A stretch of 64,000 bases of DNA from Candidatus Latescibacterota bacterium. GTDB taxonomy: Bacteria > Latescibacterota > UBA2968 > UBA8231. Shown here piece by piece: positions 1-11,059 of this stretch (position 1 is the first letter of the stretch; each line of letters begins with the position of its first letter). The stretch is from positions 2,464,001 to 2,528,000 of the forward strand of contig OZ242005.1 in NCBI GenBank assembly GCA_965204725.1, in the 5' to 3' direction. The notes beneath the pieces are model-generated. The model made no database searches, was not told the origin of the DNA, and saw nothing but the letters and a program-made list of their open reading frames with translations. Both the position numbers and the translations under genes were made by a program.

Positions 1-1497
1 CTCTTGTCCCAGCAGGCGGCGGGCCTCATTGGCGTGCGCCGAGGTGGGAAACTCCTCGATCAGCCGCAGTAAATGGGGCCTAGCGCCCTCTTGGTCCTCG
101 CGCTTGTGCAATTCGATCCAAGCGAGGCTGTACACCGCGCGGGACAACTGGTCGCTGTCGGGGAAGCGGCGGATTACTTCCTTGTAATACGCGCGAGCCG
201 AATCGGCCTGACCGATGTCGTCGCGATAGAGCTCGCACGCGCTGAATAGATCGTCGAGCACCTCCAAACTCCGCGCCACGACCACCGTGTCGGCCGGGGG
301 CGCTGCTGCCAGCCACAACAGCGGCCCCTGCGTCGCGCCCAGCGAGTCGGCGTAGAGCGAATCAGCGCGGTGGATCTGGCGCTGGAACTGATGCAGCCGA
401 CGCAGATGCCCCAGCATCTCCTGCGCCAAGAGCACGCCCTGCGCCCCCGCGCTCTCGCGGCTGCTTTCTTCGAGATAATCGCGCCCCCGCTCGGTATCCC
501 CGTATTCCTGTAGATGCAGCAAGCCGATGCGATACAGGGCCATGGCCGCAGAGGGCGTCTGGGGAAAGTCGTTGCGGACCTGCTCGTACTCGGCTAGGGC
601 CTCGTCGAGCAAGCGGCGGGCCTGATACCACTCGCCGATTAGGATCCGGGTGCGGCCCTCAAAGCGGCGGAAGCGGCCCTCGTTGAGCAGGGCGAGGTAC
701 GTGGCTAGGGCCTCGTCCTCCGCGCCCGTGGCGTAGAGGGTGCGGCCCCTGTTGAGCAGGGCGCGGTACTTTTGGTCCGCGCTTGGACCGGCCTGCAATA
801 CCTCGTCGAAGGCCGCTAGGGCCTCGGCGAAGCGGGCCGGATCGGCTAAGGCCATCAACGCCTCGCCCAAGCGCAACCACAACTGGGCGCGCACCACGCT
901 CTTGGGAAAGGCCGTTAGCACCGCCTGATATTCTCGCACGGCCGCGCTGTAATCCTCGCGGTCGTGCGCCATCTCGGCCAAGTGCAGGCCCGCTTGGACG
1001 GCGATCTTTTCTTGGGCCTCGGCAAAAAGCACTCGATAGAGGGCCTGCGCTTGATCGTCCATCCGCTGCTCCTCTAGGCAGCGGGCGCGCCAGTAGCGGG
1101 CTTGATCGAAGTGCGGACTGGAGGGGAAAAAGGTCTCCAAGTCGCGGAAGGACTCTTGGGCGTTGAGGTATTCGCCGCGCCAGTAATAGGCTTGGCCAAT
1201 CAAAAACATGGCGTCGTCAACCAAGTCGCTCTCCTTGTACTCGTCGAGCACCTTGGACGCCTTGCGCACCACTTTGTCGTAGAGTTGGTCGGCTTGGTGT
1301 GAGCGCTGCCGCTGCAATTCCGGGCCAGCCCGGTCAAAGGCCCAGTCGGCGTAGGTCTCTTCGTGCTTATGCCGTTCCTTCTCGGCCTCGCGGAAGAATT
1401 TTTTGGCGTTGTAAAACGTATTGAAATAGACGCAGGCCGAAATCGCCAGACAACCCGCCAGCAACAGCCCCAAGGGCGCGATCCGCACGAGCCGCAC
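1..1497 (-). CDS. TPR-repeat lipoprotein, runs off the left edge (BamD or SprE/PorW-like)
   Basis: Not in the ORF track. Manual translation from GTG at 1497 (GGAGG 6 nt upstream): MRLVRIAPLGLLLAGCLAISACVYFNTFYNAKKFF...DDAMFLIGQAYYWRGEY..., a lipobox followed by TPR-type helices. Confidence 0.8.
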   Translation of the reverse strand, partial: MRLVRIAPLGLLLAGCLAISACVYFNTFYNAKKFFREAEKERHKHEETYADWAFDRAGPELQRQRSHQADQLYDKVVRKASKVLDEYKESDLVDDAMFLIGQAYYWRGEYLNAQESFRDLETFFPSSPHFDQARYWRARCLEEQRMDDQAQALYRVLFAEAQEKIAVQAGLHLAEMAHDREDYSAAVREYQAVLTAFPKSVVRAQLWLRLGEALMALADPARFAEALAAFDEVLQAGPSADQKYRALLNRGRTLYATGAEDEALATYLALLNEGRFRRFEGRTRILIGEWYQARRLLDEALAEYEQVRNDFPQTPSAAMALYRIGLLHLQEYGDTERGRDYLEESSRESAGAQGVLLAQEMLGHLRRLHQFQRQIHRADSLYADSLGATQGPLLWLAAAPPADTVVVARSLEVLDDLFSACELYRDDIGQADSARAYYKEVIRRFPDSDQLSRAVYSLAWIELHKREDQEGARPHLLRLIEEFPTSAHANEARRLLGQE

Positions 1498-1507
1498 GAG
1501 CCGCCTC

Positions 1508-4500
1508 CTAGCCCCGATGGTAATCCTGCAGGGCTCGCACCTCCAGTTCGGCGCGTTGCAGTGCTTCAATGCCCGCAGCCGCAGCGCGGGCCCCGGCCAT
1601 GGTCGTCGTATAGGGCACGCCGTTTACGACTGCGGCCCGACGCATCGCAAAGTCGTCGTAGTGCGAAGGCTCGCCGAGGGGGGTGTTGATAATCAGGTCG
1701 ATCTGGCGGCTGCGAATGGAGTCTTCAATGTGCGGGCGACCTTCGTGAATTTTGTGAATCCGCTCGGCGGCGATGTCGTGCTGGCCGAGAAAGTTGCACG
1801 TGCCCTCCGTAGCCACCAATTCAAACCCAGCCGCACGCAGCCGACGAGCCACCGGCAAGACCTCCTCTTTGTCGCAGTCGGCGACGCTGATAAAGACCCG
1901 ACCGCGCGACGGCAGCAGCGAACCCGCTCCCATCTGCGCCTTGAGGAAGGCCGTGCCAAAGTCGGGGCCAATGCCCATGACTTCGCCCGTGGATTTCATC
2001 TCCGGCCCGAGCAGGCTATCGGCCCCGGGGAATTTTATAAAGGGCAGCACGGCCTCTTTAACGGATATGTGCGCCGGCGCGACCTCCGCGGTGAAGCCCT
2101 GTTCGCGCAAGCTCATTCCCACCATGGCCCGGGCCGCGATCTTGGCCAGCGGCCGGCCAATGGCCTTGCTGACAAAAGGCACGGTGCGCGAGGCCCGGGG
2201 ATTCACTTCAATCGCATAGACCTCGCCTTGATAGACGGCGTATTGCACGTTCATCAGGCCGACCACGCCGAGGGCGCGCGCCAGCGCGTGGGTGTACTCG
2301 CGCATGGCCTCGATGTGCTCGGCCGGGGTGTCGTAGGGCGGCAAGGTACAGGCACTGTCGCCCGAATGCACGCCGGCATGCTCGATGTGCTGCATGATCC
2401 CGCCGACGACCACGTCCGTCCCGTCGGCCACGGCATCCACGTCAAATTCCTCCGCGCCTTGCAGGTAGCGGTCGATGAGCACGGGCCGCTCGGGCGCGAC
2501 CTCAATGGCCTCGTTCATGTAGGTTTCGAGTGCCCCAACATCGTAGGCGACGACCATGGCCCGCCCGCCGAGCACGTACGAGGGCCGCACCAAGACCGGG
2601 AAGCCGATCTGCTCGGCAATCGCCCCGGCCTCGGCACAACTGGCGGCCATGCCGTTGGCCGGCTGGCGGATGCCCAGCTCGTCGAGCAGTTGGCCGAAGC
2701 GCCGGCGGTCCTCGGCCAAGTCGATGCTGCGGGGCGAGGTGCCGATGATGGGTACGCCCTCGCGCGCTAGTTCGGCCGCCAAGTTCAGCGGAGTCTGTCC
2801 CCCAAACTGCACGATGACGCCGTCTGGGGCTTCGCGCTCGACGATGTGCAGCACATCTTCGATCGTCAGCGGCTCAAAGTAGAGCTTGTCGGCCGTGTCG
2901 TAATCTGTGCTGACCGTCTCGGGATTGGAGTTGACCATAATGGTTTCATAGCCGATTTCGCGCAGCGCGAAGCACGCGTGTACGCAACAGTAATCGAACT
3001 CAATTCCTTGGCCGATGCGGTTTGGCCCCCCGCCGAGGATGGCGATTTTCTTGCGCGTTGAGCGCGCTACCTCGTCCTCGCGGTCGTACGTCGAGTAGTG
3101 ATAAGGCGTGTAGGCTTCAAACTCTGCGGCGCAGGTATCGACCGTTTTGTACACCGGGCGCAGGTCCAACTCGCGGCGACGCCGCCGGACGCTCGCCTCG
3201 TCGCAGCCGTTGAGATGCGCGAGTTGGCGGTCGCTAAATCCCCACTCCTTGGCGCGGCGCAACAAGGCGGCATCGGCGAGTCCGTCTGCTTGCGCGAGCT
3301 GCTGTTCGAGTTCAAAAAGTTGGTAGAGCTGGTCGAGGAACCACGGATCAATGCCCGTGAGGCCATAGATCGCATCGTGGGTATAGCCTTTGGCAATGGC
3401 CAGCTTGAGGTACGACACGCGCTGGGAGTTGGGACGCATCAATTTTTCGCGCAGTTCCTTGTCGCTTACCTTGGCCGCACTGAGGTCCTTGCCATCGGCA
3501 CCAAACCCCGCGCGGCCGACCTCCAGCGAGCGCAGGCCCTTTTGCAGGGACTCCTTAAAGGTCCGGCCAATGGCCATGGTTTCGCCCACCGAGCGCATCT
3601 GGGTGTCGAGGGCGTCGGGCGTACTGGGAAATTTTTCAAAGGTAAAGCGCGGAATTTTGGTCACCACGTAGTCAATGGTCGGCTCAAAGGAGGCCGGGGT
3701 CTCGCGGGTGATGTCGTTGCGGATTTCGTCCAGCCCGTACCCGACAGCTAGTTTGGCGGCAATTTTGGCGATGGGAAAGCCCGTTGCTTTGGACGCCAGC
3801 GCCGAGGAGCGCGACACCCGGGGGTTCATCTCAATAACGACCATGCGGCCGTCTGTGGGGTTGACCGCGAACTGGATATTGGACCCGCCGGTATCTACGC
3901 CGATCTCGCGCATGATGCGGATGGCCGCGTCGCGCATCGGCTGATATTCCTTGTCGGACAAGGTCTGCGCCGGCGCGACCGTGATGCTGTCGCCGGTGTG
4001 AATGCCCATGGGGTCGAAGTTTTCAATGGAGCAGATAATGACCACGTTGTCGCGGTGGTCGCGCATGACCTCCAGCTCGAACTCCTTCCACCCGAGCACT
4101 GATTCCTCGATCAGCACCTCGTCAATCGGGCTTAGGTCGAGGCCGTGGCGGACGATCCGCTCAAATTCCTCGGCGTTGTACGCCACGCCGCCGCCAGAGC
4201 CTCCCAGCGTGAAGGCGGGGCGGATGATCGTCGGGTAGCCCAAGTCGGCTTGGTGCTTTTGGGCCTCTTCGAGGCTGTGGACGAAAGCTCCCCGGGGCAT
4301 GTCCAACCCGGCCCGGTCCATGGCGGCTTTGAAGAGCGCGCGGTCTTCGGCCATCTTGATGGCGTCGAGTGGCGCGCCGATCATCTCGACGCCGTGCTCG
4401 GCGAGCGCGCCGCTTTCGGCCAAGGCCACCGCCGTATTGAGCGCGGTCTGGCCTCCGAGCGTCGGCAAGAGGGCCTGCGGCTTTTCCGCGGCCATGATCC

Positions 4501-4726
4501 GCGCACAAATCTCCGGCGTGATCGGCTCGATATAGGTCCGGTCGGCCACTTCGGGATCGGTCATAATCGTGGCCGGATTGCTATTGACCAAGACGATGTC
4601 GTAGCCTTCTTCGGCCAGTGCCTTACAGGCTTGCGTTCCCGAATAGTCGAACTCGCAGGCTTGGCCAATGACGATGGGGCCGGAGCCGATGAGCATTATT
4701 TTTTGAATGTCTGTGCGTTTGGGCAT
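1508..4726 (-). CDS. carB: Carbamoyl-phosphate synthase large subunit
   Basis: [30 protein letters not shown] start, two ATP-grasp halves, C-terminal MGS domain, 1072 aa. Confidence 0.99.
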   Translation of the reverse strand: MPKRTDIQKIMLIGSGPIVIGQACEFDYSGTQACKALAEEGYDIVLVNSNPATIMTDPEVADRTYIEPITPEICARIMAAEKPQALLPTLGGQTALNTAVALAESGALAEHGVEMIGAPLDAIKMAEDRALFKAAMDRAGLDMPRGAFVHSLEEAQKHQADLGYPTIIRPAFTLGGSGGGVAYNAEEFERIVRHGLDLSPIDEVLIEESVLGWKEFELEVMRDHRDNVVIICSIENFDPMGIHTGDSITVAPAQTLSDKEYQPMRDAAIRIMREIGVDTGGSNIQFAVNPTDGRMVVIEMNPRVSRSSALASKATGFPIAKIAAKLAVGYGLDEIRNDITRETPASFEPTIDYVVTKIPRFTFEKFPSTPDALDTQMRSVGETMAIGRTFKESLQKGLRSLEVGRAGFGADGKDLSAAKVSDKELREKLMRPNSQRVSYLKLAIAKGYTHDAIYGLTGIDPWFLDQLYQLFELEQQLAQADGLADAALLRRAKEWGFSDRQLAHLNGCDEASVRRRRRELDLRPVYKTVDTCAAEFEAYTPYHYSTYDREDEVARSTRKKIAILGGGPNRIGQGIEFDYCCVHACFALREIGYETIMVNSNPETVSTDYDTADKLYFEPLTIEDVLHIVEREAPDGVIVQFGGQTPLNLAAELAREGVPIIGTSPRSIDLAEDRRRFGQLLDELGIRQPANGMAASCAEAGAIAEQIGFPVLVRPSYVLGGRAMVVAYDVGALETYMNEAIEVAPERPVLIDRYLQGAEEFDVDAVADGTDVVVGGIMQHIEHAGVHSGDSACTLPPYDTPAEHIEAMREYTHALARALGVVGLMNVQYAVYQGEVYAIEVNPRASRTVPFVSKAIGRPLAKIAARAMVGMSLREQGFTAEVAPAHISVKEAVLPFIKFPGADSLLGPEMKSTGEVMGIGPDFGTAFLKAQMGAGSLLPSRGRVFISVADCDKEEVLPVARRLRAAGFELVATEGTCNFLGQHDIAAERIHKIHEGRPHIEDSIRSRQIDLIINTPLGEPSHYDDFAMRRAAVVNGVPYTTTMAGARAAAAGIEALQRAELEVRALQDYHRG

Positions 4727-4816
4727 GGAGTTTTAGCGAGGATGAAGGGCTATGCAGCTTTGCTCGGATGCCGTATCTGCACAGTCCAGACCCCAGAAAG
4801 CTGAGAATCTCAAGAT

Positions 4817-7741
4817 TTACATCCTTCGTAGCGCAGCTTGGTTTGACCCATGCACCGACGGCTCGCTGCACCACAGCCGCCGCAAGTCTTCGAGTGCCTT
4901 CATGGTGCTGCACGGCAAGCCCAGCAGTCGGACAACGGCCTCGTCGATGGCGATTCGCGCTGCATCGACATGCGCTTGGCAAGCCGGCAGCAGATCGGTT
5001 TTGGACAGCGAATCAAAGTCAGCTACCCCTTGATTCAGTGCCGCGTCGTCTAGGTCGTCTAGGCGCGGGCAGGGCATCTTCTTCAACGCCCCAATCTGCG
5101 TAGTAGAACGACCTGCGTGTGTGCGCTGTCCTTTTGTCCAATGCATCACCATGCCAAATGTCGAGTTCGCCCACAACGCAAACGCCTTGAGGATTCGTGC
5201 ATCTTCATGGCCAAGCGTTGTCCAAGCGCGACCACCCAGTGCCGATCTCTTGGTCGTCGCCGCAAGGAGTGCTTGTGACGTCCACCGCATGTTACGTGCG
5301 TAGAATAGAGTGCTCTGACACGCTCGCATGGCCTGCCGGTCACGCTCCGAGCCGACGTTAGCTGGGGCACTTCCTTTGTGTGTAGGCAATACCACGAGCC
5401 TTCGCTGCTTCTCACCGTTCGCTTCCCACAGTGCCCGGTCCTTGCCAATGGCATCCGTGGAGCTTATCACCGGGTGGAACTCGAAAGCACCTATCTCATC
5501 GCCGCCATGCAAATGGCCAATCAGATGATGCGTAGGCCCGACTTCAAACACTTCCCCGATGGTGGACATGTCCACGCCAAGGGGTATGAGTGCATCCCCA
5601 AGGTGGGTAAGTCTCCCCGTCGTCAGTCCGTCCGCAGCAAAGGCAAGCCCCGCATGCTTAACCCCAAGCGGACTCCACGGCGCACCATTCCCACCAGCAT
5701 TGAACACCGCCACCTGCCCCAATTCGTCTTCACCAACCCTGATGGGCCGGCTTGTGCCTGCTCCGCCAATACCTTTGAGGGCTGCCTCAATAGCACGGGC
5801 AATTTCTCCGGCCTCCCCGATCCTGATAGGCGGGCTATGGAGCGTCACGCAGTGAATGGGGGCCGCGTTGCCCTCATCTTTCATCGGACGCCGTGTTGCC
5901 ACCAGCAACATTTCTTCCATATCAGTGTCCGCGGACAGTGCTTCTTGTCCCAATGCTTGGCCAGCGGCCACCGCGATAGCGGTAATATCTGTGAATTCTC
6001 GTTCGATCATCTGCCGCGTAACCGCCCACGAATCGGCGAATGCGGCCGTCAGCGGCAGCACAAACCCGATGCGCCCGTTGCGCCTAACTTTCCTTCTTGC
6101 CAGTGCCAGAAACGATGCTGCCATGCCGGCCTTATTATTGACAGGCTCGTCCTTCACCAAGCGGCCCCACCTCTTCTGACATGCCTTGCGTTCACTTTCG
6201 GTCAACCCGGCAATGTCGAAAGCACTTTGCCCTCCTCTAGTCCGAGAATACGGCGGATTCATTAGAATCCAGTCAACGCTCGCCGCACCTATGACGACAG
6301 AAAGCTCGCCGCTTCCACCGCCAGTAGATCGACCGGCAACATCTTCAAATAAGTCTCTCACCTCGTCGGTATGAAAATACTCGAGTGCCCCGGTCAAGCC
6401 GACGCCCCCCACAGCTACCCACCCAATCTGCGTGTCGCCATAAGGTTCGCCCGAACCGAGGGCCGCCAAGGAAGATGAAGTCAAGTGTGCGGCAATAGGA
6501 CTGACATCCGTTCCAATCAGACCCGACTCCATAGCGGTACGATGCAGTTGACGGATGGTCTCCTCCGTGCCGCCGGCTTCTTCATGTAATTCGCTAATAC
6601 GCCGATATCCGGCCCGCAATAACGTCCCGGTTCCACACGCTAAATCCGCTAGCCTACAGCGTTCAAATAATCGACCCGATCTCCATTGGTTGTGCCGTAA
6701 CGAATCAGCCCGGATCGTCAAAGCAGCAAGCAATTCCGCGGTAGCGGGTTGCGTGTAGAAAGCGGCAGCCCGCTTTCTATCTTCACTTAGCTTAGGAAAC
6801 AACTCCGCCCCGACGTTGATATATAGCCCGAGGCGGGCCAGTTCGATTTTTTCTACCGCACGGATGAGTTGCTTGAGTGCTTGTCCGGTCGCACTGGGAT
6901 GGATGTTCCCCAACTTGCTAAGGACGCGAATAGCCGGATCGAAAATCGAACGCCAGTTCTCTCCAAGAACGGCCTGCCACACCTCCACTTGCTTGGAAGG
7001 AACAGGCAACGGAGAGGCACTAAAATCTAAGGGTGGTATCTCCTCCACTCCCTGCATGGAAAGCCGCTGTTGGGTAAGTAGCGCGTTGAGCCACAGCACC
7101 ATCGTGGTCCGCAGACCCTTCAACGGCGTCCGCTGCTGCACGAGGGCCGCAACCTGTTGAAGTTGCTTTGGCGGCAACGCCGTTTCGAGCAGGTCAGCCG
7201 ACTGATTCACCCGCTCGGCGATATCTGACGCAACCTGTTCCACAGACTCTCTCGGCAATGCCGCTGCGGACACGAGCCGCGCTATGTCATGGACGGTGCC
7301 TCTTATGAATCCCTTCGTAGGCCAGCGACGAAATTCCTCATTGTCGATCCGTTGGTGGAGCGCATACTGCATCTTCTTGCCGCTAACCAACGCCTCCTTG
7401 ATTTCTGGCAGCGCAAGGGTTCGGTACTTCGGGTCAATATACAGTGCCAGCGTGGTGTCAACTTGGAGGCCGCGGTCCGCGGTCCGTGCTCCTAGGCGTG
7501 CCTTGGCATCCTTATCCGCATCGGCCTTGCCAAACGATGTCTCTATGATCACCGGCGGCGACAGGGCATCGACGATCAAAATGTCGGGCCGCTTGGCCTT
7601 GTTGCCCGCACCCGCCAGCGTCTGCGTTTGCTCCACTTGGACGATACTGGACTTCGCCCGCCAACGTGCAGTTGTCGCAGCAAGAGCCGCCCCTAATGCT
7701 TGATTGAACGTTCCTTCAACGCTTTTGCCAGTCTTTGCCAT
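4817..7741 (-). CDS. Type IIG-like fused restriction endonuclease / amino-methyltransferase
   Basis: N-terminal RPDILI...VIIETSF (PD-(D/E)xK-like), FYT motif X, DLACGTG motif I, NPPY motif IV (gamma order), long C-terminal putative TRD; visibly lower GC than the flanks. Confidence 0.85.
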   Translation of the reverse strand: MAKTGKSVEGTFNQALGAALAATTARWRAKSSIVQVEQTQTLAGAGNKAKRPDILIVDALSPPVIIETSFGKADADKDAKARLGARTADRGLQVDTTLALYIDPKYRTLALPEIKEALVSGKKMQYALHQRIDNEEFRRWPTKGFIRGTVHDIARLVSAAALPRESVEQVASDIAERVNQSADLLETALPPKQLQQVAALVQQRTPLKGLRTTMVLWLNALLTQQRLSMQGVEEIPPLDFSASPLPVPSKQVEVWQAVLGENWRSIFDPAIRVLSKLGNIHPSATGQALKQLIRAVEKIELARLGLYINVGAELFPKLSEDRKRAAAFYTQPATAELLAALTIRADSLRHNQWRSGRLFERCRLADLACGTGTLLRAGYRRISELHEEAGGTEETIRQLHRTAMESGLIGTDVSPIAAHLTSSSLAALGSGEPYGDTQIGWVAVGGVGLTGALEYFHTDEVRDLFEDVAGRSTGGGSGELSVVIGAASVDWILMNPPYSRTRGGQSAFDIAGLTESERKACQKRWGRLVKDEPVNNKAGMAASFLALARRKVRRNGRIGFVLPLTAAFADSWAVTRQMIEREFTDITAIAVAAGQALGQEALSADTDMEEMLLVATRRPMKDEGNAAPIHCVTLHSPPIRIGEAGEIARAIEAALKGIGGAGTSRPIRVGEDELGQVAVFNAGGNGAPWSPLGVKHAGLAFAADGLTTGRLTHLGDALIPLGVDMSTIGEVFEVGPTHHLIGHLHGGDEIGAFEFHPVISSTDAIGKDRALWEANGEKQRRLVVLPTHKGSAPANVGSERDRQAMRACQSTLFYARNMRWTSQALLAATTKRSALGGRAWTTLGHEDARILKAFALWANSTFGMVMHWTKGQRTHAGRSTTQIGALKKMPCPRLDDLDDAALNQGVADFDSLSKTDLLPACQAHVDAARIAIDEAVVRLLGLPCSTMKALEDLRRLWCSEPSVHGSNQAALRRM

Positions 7742-7790
7742 GATGTCTTTTTGATGGATGAGTTCATGCCGCGCAAGGCCAGCAAGTTGT

Positions 7791-8084
7791 CTATTCGGCG
7801 AGGTCGGACCAAAGGAGTTCTTCCTGATTGGTTAGCTGAATGCCCCGCTCGCTCCCGTGAGTGCTCAGATGTAGGATTGGAGGCTTGCGGAATTCGTCTA
7901 TCGCCTCGTCAACCTCATCGGTCATTGCGATGTGGAACTGATCCAAGTCAACGGCGAGGCTATACGAGTATGGAATTCCGGCGACGGCGAGAACCGAGCA
8001 AAGCGCTTGGCCCTCGGTACGGAGCTCGCGCAGATCGGCTGGCGACGGCGATTCGACGATGTGGACGTAGAAATCGGCGGACAT
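7791..8084 (-). pseudogene. Truncated CHAT/caspase-like domain gene
   Basis: ATG at 8084 with AGGAG RBS. PILHLSTHGSERGIQL resembles the caspase-family His-Gly strand, but the ORF stops at 97 aa, before any catalytic Cys strand. Confidence 0.5.
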
Positions 8085-8159
8085 TTCAATCTCTCCTTGA
8101 CATAATACCGCGACGGATTCACTAAAACCCATCCCTGCTTGGCGGCCCAATGCAAGCGG

Positions 8160-8651
8160 TTAAAGCCTTAGATAAACGAGGAGCACGAGGAGCATGAGCA
8201 CAGCGGTGATGCCGACCTGGAGCACGAGATAGCCGCAGCGTTCCCAATCGAGGCTCTGACGGACCTTGCGCTTGTGGCGCGCCACTTCCTTGAAATCGAC
8301 CTGAAAGCGCTGCTCGTTGATGAGGCGGACGAGGTGGGGGTCGTAGTCGGCAATGGCCTTTAGGACCATGCGCTTGCGGCGCGCCGCTTTTTCAGCGCAA
8401 GCCCGCTGGGCGTCCCTAGCCGCGACCTTGCCCAGCGGGATGGCGAGGTCGGCGTTGCGAGTATTGGTCTTCTCGCGCGCCAAATTCTCGGCCAAGCGGC
8501 TGAGCGCTTCGCGGCTTTTTACGTTGTCTTCAATAACGGTATAGCAAGTGTCGATAAAGCGGCTGAAATCCGCGAGGATCTCTTCTTCTGAAAGCCCCAG
8601 CAAGTAGGACTCTTCGATCATTTCTTCAATGGCGTCTTTGACGTCGGCCAT
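8160..8651 (-). CDS. Hypothetical protein with C-terminal transmembrane helix
   Basis: Likely start MADVKDAIEEM at 8651 (the upstream part of the tracked ORF overlaps nnr); helical protein with hydrophobic C-terminus. Confidence 0.65.
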   Translation of the reverse strand: MADVKDAIEEMIEESYLLGLSEEEILADFSRFIDTCYTVIEDNVKSREALSRLAENLAREKTNTRNADLAIPLGKVAARDAQRACAEKAARRKRMVLKAIADYDPHLVRLINEQRFQVDFKEVARHKRKVRQSLDWERCGYLVLQVGITAVLMLLVLLVYLRL

Positions 8652-8752
8652 AGCGCAAGCCCTGTAAATTAAATGTGCAAAAGCCAAGCAACACCCATCC
8701 CGGCACCCCGTTTCCTCTTCCGTTTTCACAGTACAGCATCGCTGCAAGCGTG

Positions 8753-10315
8753 TCAAGCAGACCGCGCCGCATCCACCAAGGCCAAGGCGGTTTCGTCGGC
8801 TATATCGCCCGCCCGCATCCCCCATTCCCCCAGCCGCTCGGCCGCCCGGTCGCCGGCCCGGCCATGGACATAGACTCCGAGACAAGCCGCCTCGCCCGCG
8901 CCGAGCCCTTGGGCCATCAGCCCGGCGATGATCCCGGTCAGCACGTCGCCCGATCCGGCCGTAGCCATGCCCGCATTGCCCGTGGAGTTGACGGCCACGC
9001 GCCCATCGGCCAAGGCCACGACGGTCGGCGCGCCCTTCAACACGAGCGTCGCCCCCAATTCGCCGGCAAAGTCGCGGGCCACCGCCATGGGCGCGTCGGC
9101 AAGCTGGCGTTTGTCCAAGCCGCTCAAGCGGGCGAACTCGCCGGCGTGGGGCGTGAGGACCAGCGGGGCCGAGCGGGCCTTTAGCGCGTCGGCGCGTCCG
9201 GCGAAAGCACTCAGCCCGTCCGCGTCCAACACGAGGGGCTGCTCGGTTTGCAACACCAGCCGTCTCACCAGCTCTGCGGTCTCTCGATAACGCCCCAAAC
9301 CCGGGCCCAAGGCCAAGACGTCGGCCCGCGTCAACATCGCACGCACTTCGCCCAAGGCCCGCAGCGACAAACAACGCCGCTTGCGCACTTCGGGCAACGG
9401 CCGGGTCATCACCTCAGAGAGCTTGACCTCGACGATGTCGTTGAGACTTGCCGGCACCCCTAAATGGACGCGACCCGCCCCGCTTCTGAGTGCAGCATCC
9501 GCCGTCAGCGCGGCCGCCCCGGTCATGCCCACCGACCCCGCTATCGCGACCACCGTTCCACAGCTTCCCTTGTGCTCGTCGCCGCGGCGGCGCGGTACGA
9601 GCGACCCCACCCCCTCGGCCGAAAGCAGCAGAGCCTCGGCGGCCGCAGCGCGCAGGATGGGCTCGGGAAAGCCGATATTGACCAAGTGCAACGCACCGCA
9701 ATGCGACCGGCCGGGATAGAATAGGTGCCCGACTTTGACCAATCCAAAGGTCACCGTCAGCAGGGCTTGGACGACCGCGCCGTGAACCCTTCCGGTGTCG
9801 GCTTCGACCCCCGAGGGCATATCCACGGCCACCACCGGCCGCGCACAATCGGCAAGGCACTCAATGACACGGGCCATGGCGGGACGGGGTGCTCCGCGCA
9901 ATCCGGTTCCCAACAGCGCGTCAATCACCAAGTCGGCTTCGCGGAGGGCCGCGTCGAGCGGGGCCAAGTCTGCGCCGAGTGCTTCGACCGCACAACCGGC
10001 CTGTTCGCAACGCCGCAAGTGCTCGGCCGCCGCCCCTTGCACGGCCGCGCGGTCGGCCGCGAGGAAGACACGCGCCGAGCCACCGCCAACTCCTAAGAGC
10101 CGGGCCGCGGCAAATCCATCGCCGCCATTGTTGCCCTTGCCGCACAGGACTACGGCCCGCAAACCGGCCAAGCCATCCCAGCGCGCCGCAATGGCCGCAA
10201 CCACCTCTGCGCCCGCCCGCTCTATGAGTTCGGCGCTGGAGATGCCCGCCTCAGCGATGGTGCGCCGATCGATCTCCGCCATTTCGCGGCCCGTTATCAG
10301 TTTGGGCAAGTCCAA
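8753..10315 (-). CDS. nnr: Bifunctional NAD(P)H-hydrate epimerase/dehydratase (YjeF)
   Basis: CGKGNNGGDG, DALLGTG, DMPSG, TPHAGEF, LKGAPT, MATAGSGDVLTG motifs. Confidence 0.97.
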   Translation of the reverse strand: MDLPKLITGREMAEIDRRTIAEAGISSAELIERAGAEVVAAIAARWDGLAGLRAVVLCGKGNNGGDGFAAARLLGVGGGSARVFLAADRAAVQGAAAEHLRRCEQAGCAVEALGADLAPLDAALREADLVIDALLGTGLRGAPRPAMARVIECLADCARPVVAVDMPSGVEADTGRVHGAVVQALLTVTFGLVKVGHLFYPGRSHCGALHLVNIGFPEPILRAAAAEALLLSAEGVGSLVPRRRGDEHKGSCGTVVAIAGSVGMTGAAALTADAALRSGAGRVHLGVPASLNDIVEVKLSEVMTRPLPEVRKRRCLSLRALGEVRAMLTRADVLALGPGLGRYRETAELVRRLVLQTEQPLVLDADGLSAFAGRADALKARSAPLVLTPHAGEFARLSGLDKRQLADAPMAVARDFAGELGATLVLKGAPTVVALADGRVAVNSTGNAGMATAGSGDVLTGIIAGLMAQGLGAGEAACLGVYVHGRAGDRAAERLGEWGMRAGDIADETALALVDAARSA

Positions 10316-10318
10316 TGC

Positions 10319-11059
10319 TCAAGCCTCCCAAGGGCGGATCAGTTCGCGCAGCCGACGCGGGGCTTCGCTGGGTAGCGGTTGGCCCGTGTACTTGGGCAAG
10401 AGCGCGCGAAAGCCGACGCTGATCCACAAGGCCCACGCCGACAAACCGCCGCAGAACAAGCCCAAGCCCGAAGCCACGCCAAGGCCCAAGGCCAAGACGG
10501 CGGTCAGCAGAAAAACCAACGACAGCTTTACGTTATCAACCGACAGGAGAAAGCTGTGGCGCACCGTGGCCCACACCGACCCCTCTTGGGTGACCAGCAC
10601 CGGAAAGACGTACATCGCAACCATGCCCACCAGCAGCAGGAACCAAACCATCAGCCCGCCCAAAAACACCCCCAGCCAGCCGCCGAGCCGCTGATAAAAG
10701 ACCGCGTTGACCAGCACCAGCGCGACCGCGGCGACCATGAGCAAGCCCAGCGCGACGGCGCGCCAAAAAAGCGCACGGCCAGCCGCCCAGAAGGCCCGCA
10801 GGCCAAAGTCCCGGCCCCGCGCCCAAGCCGCCCCAGCCGCGAAGAGCACGGCCGTGGCCGGTGCGCCCAATAGCAAGGCACCGGCTAAGACGGCGGCCCC
10901 CACCAAGCCCAAGCCACCCACCCCAAACCCCAGTTGCAAAAGCACGTAGGCCCCGCCAATCCAAGGCAGGCTCAACGCGCCCCACAGCAGGTTGTACCCC
11001 ACCAGCCCGCCCAAGCGGTCGTACGCCGTCCACAAGAAGCGTTGTAGGTTTTCGCTCAA
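10319..11059 (-). CDS. Integral membrane protein (YesL/DUF624-like)
   Basis: Multiple hydrophobic helices; NLLW...PATA and YVFPVLV patterns. Confidence 0.65.
   Translation of the reverse strand: MSENLQRFLWTAYDRLGGLVGYNLLWGALSLPWIGGAYVLLQLGFGVGGLGLVGAAVLAGALLLGAPATAVLFAAGAAWARGRDFGLRAFWAAGRALFWRAVALGLLMVAAVALVLVNAVFYQRLGGWLGVFLGGLMVWFLLLVGMVAMYVFPVLVTQEGSVWATVRHSFLLSVDNVKLSLVFLLTAVLALGLGVASGLGLFCGGLSAWALWISVGFRALLPKYTGQPLPSEAPRRLRELIRPWEA

Noticed and set aside
4793-4805. CCAGAAAGCTGAG, resembling the palindromes at 48926-48958
   Set aside because: Single degenerate short match with no sigma54 box seen nearby; likely chance.
8652-9374. N-terminal extension of the tracked 404-aa ORF
   Set aside because: Overlaps nnr in another frame with low-complexity Arg/Gly sequence; the real start is probably 8651.
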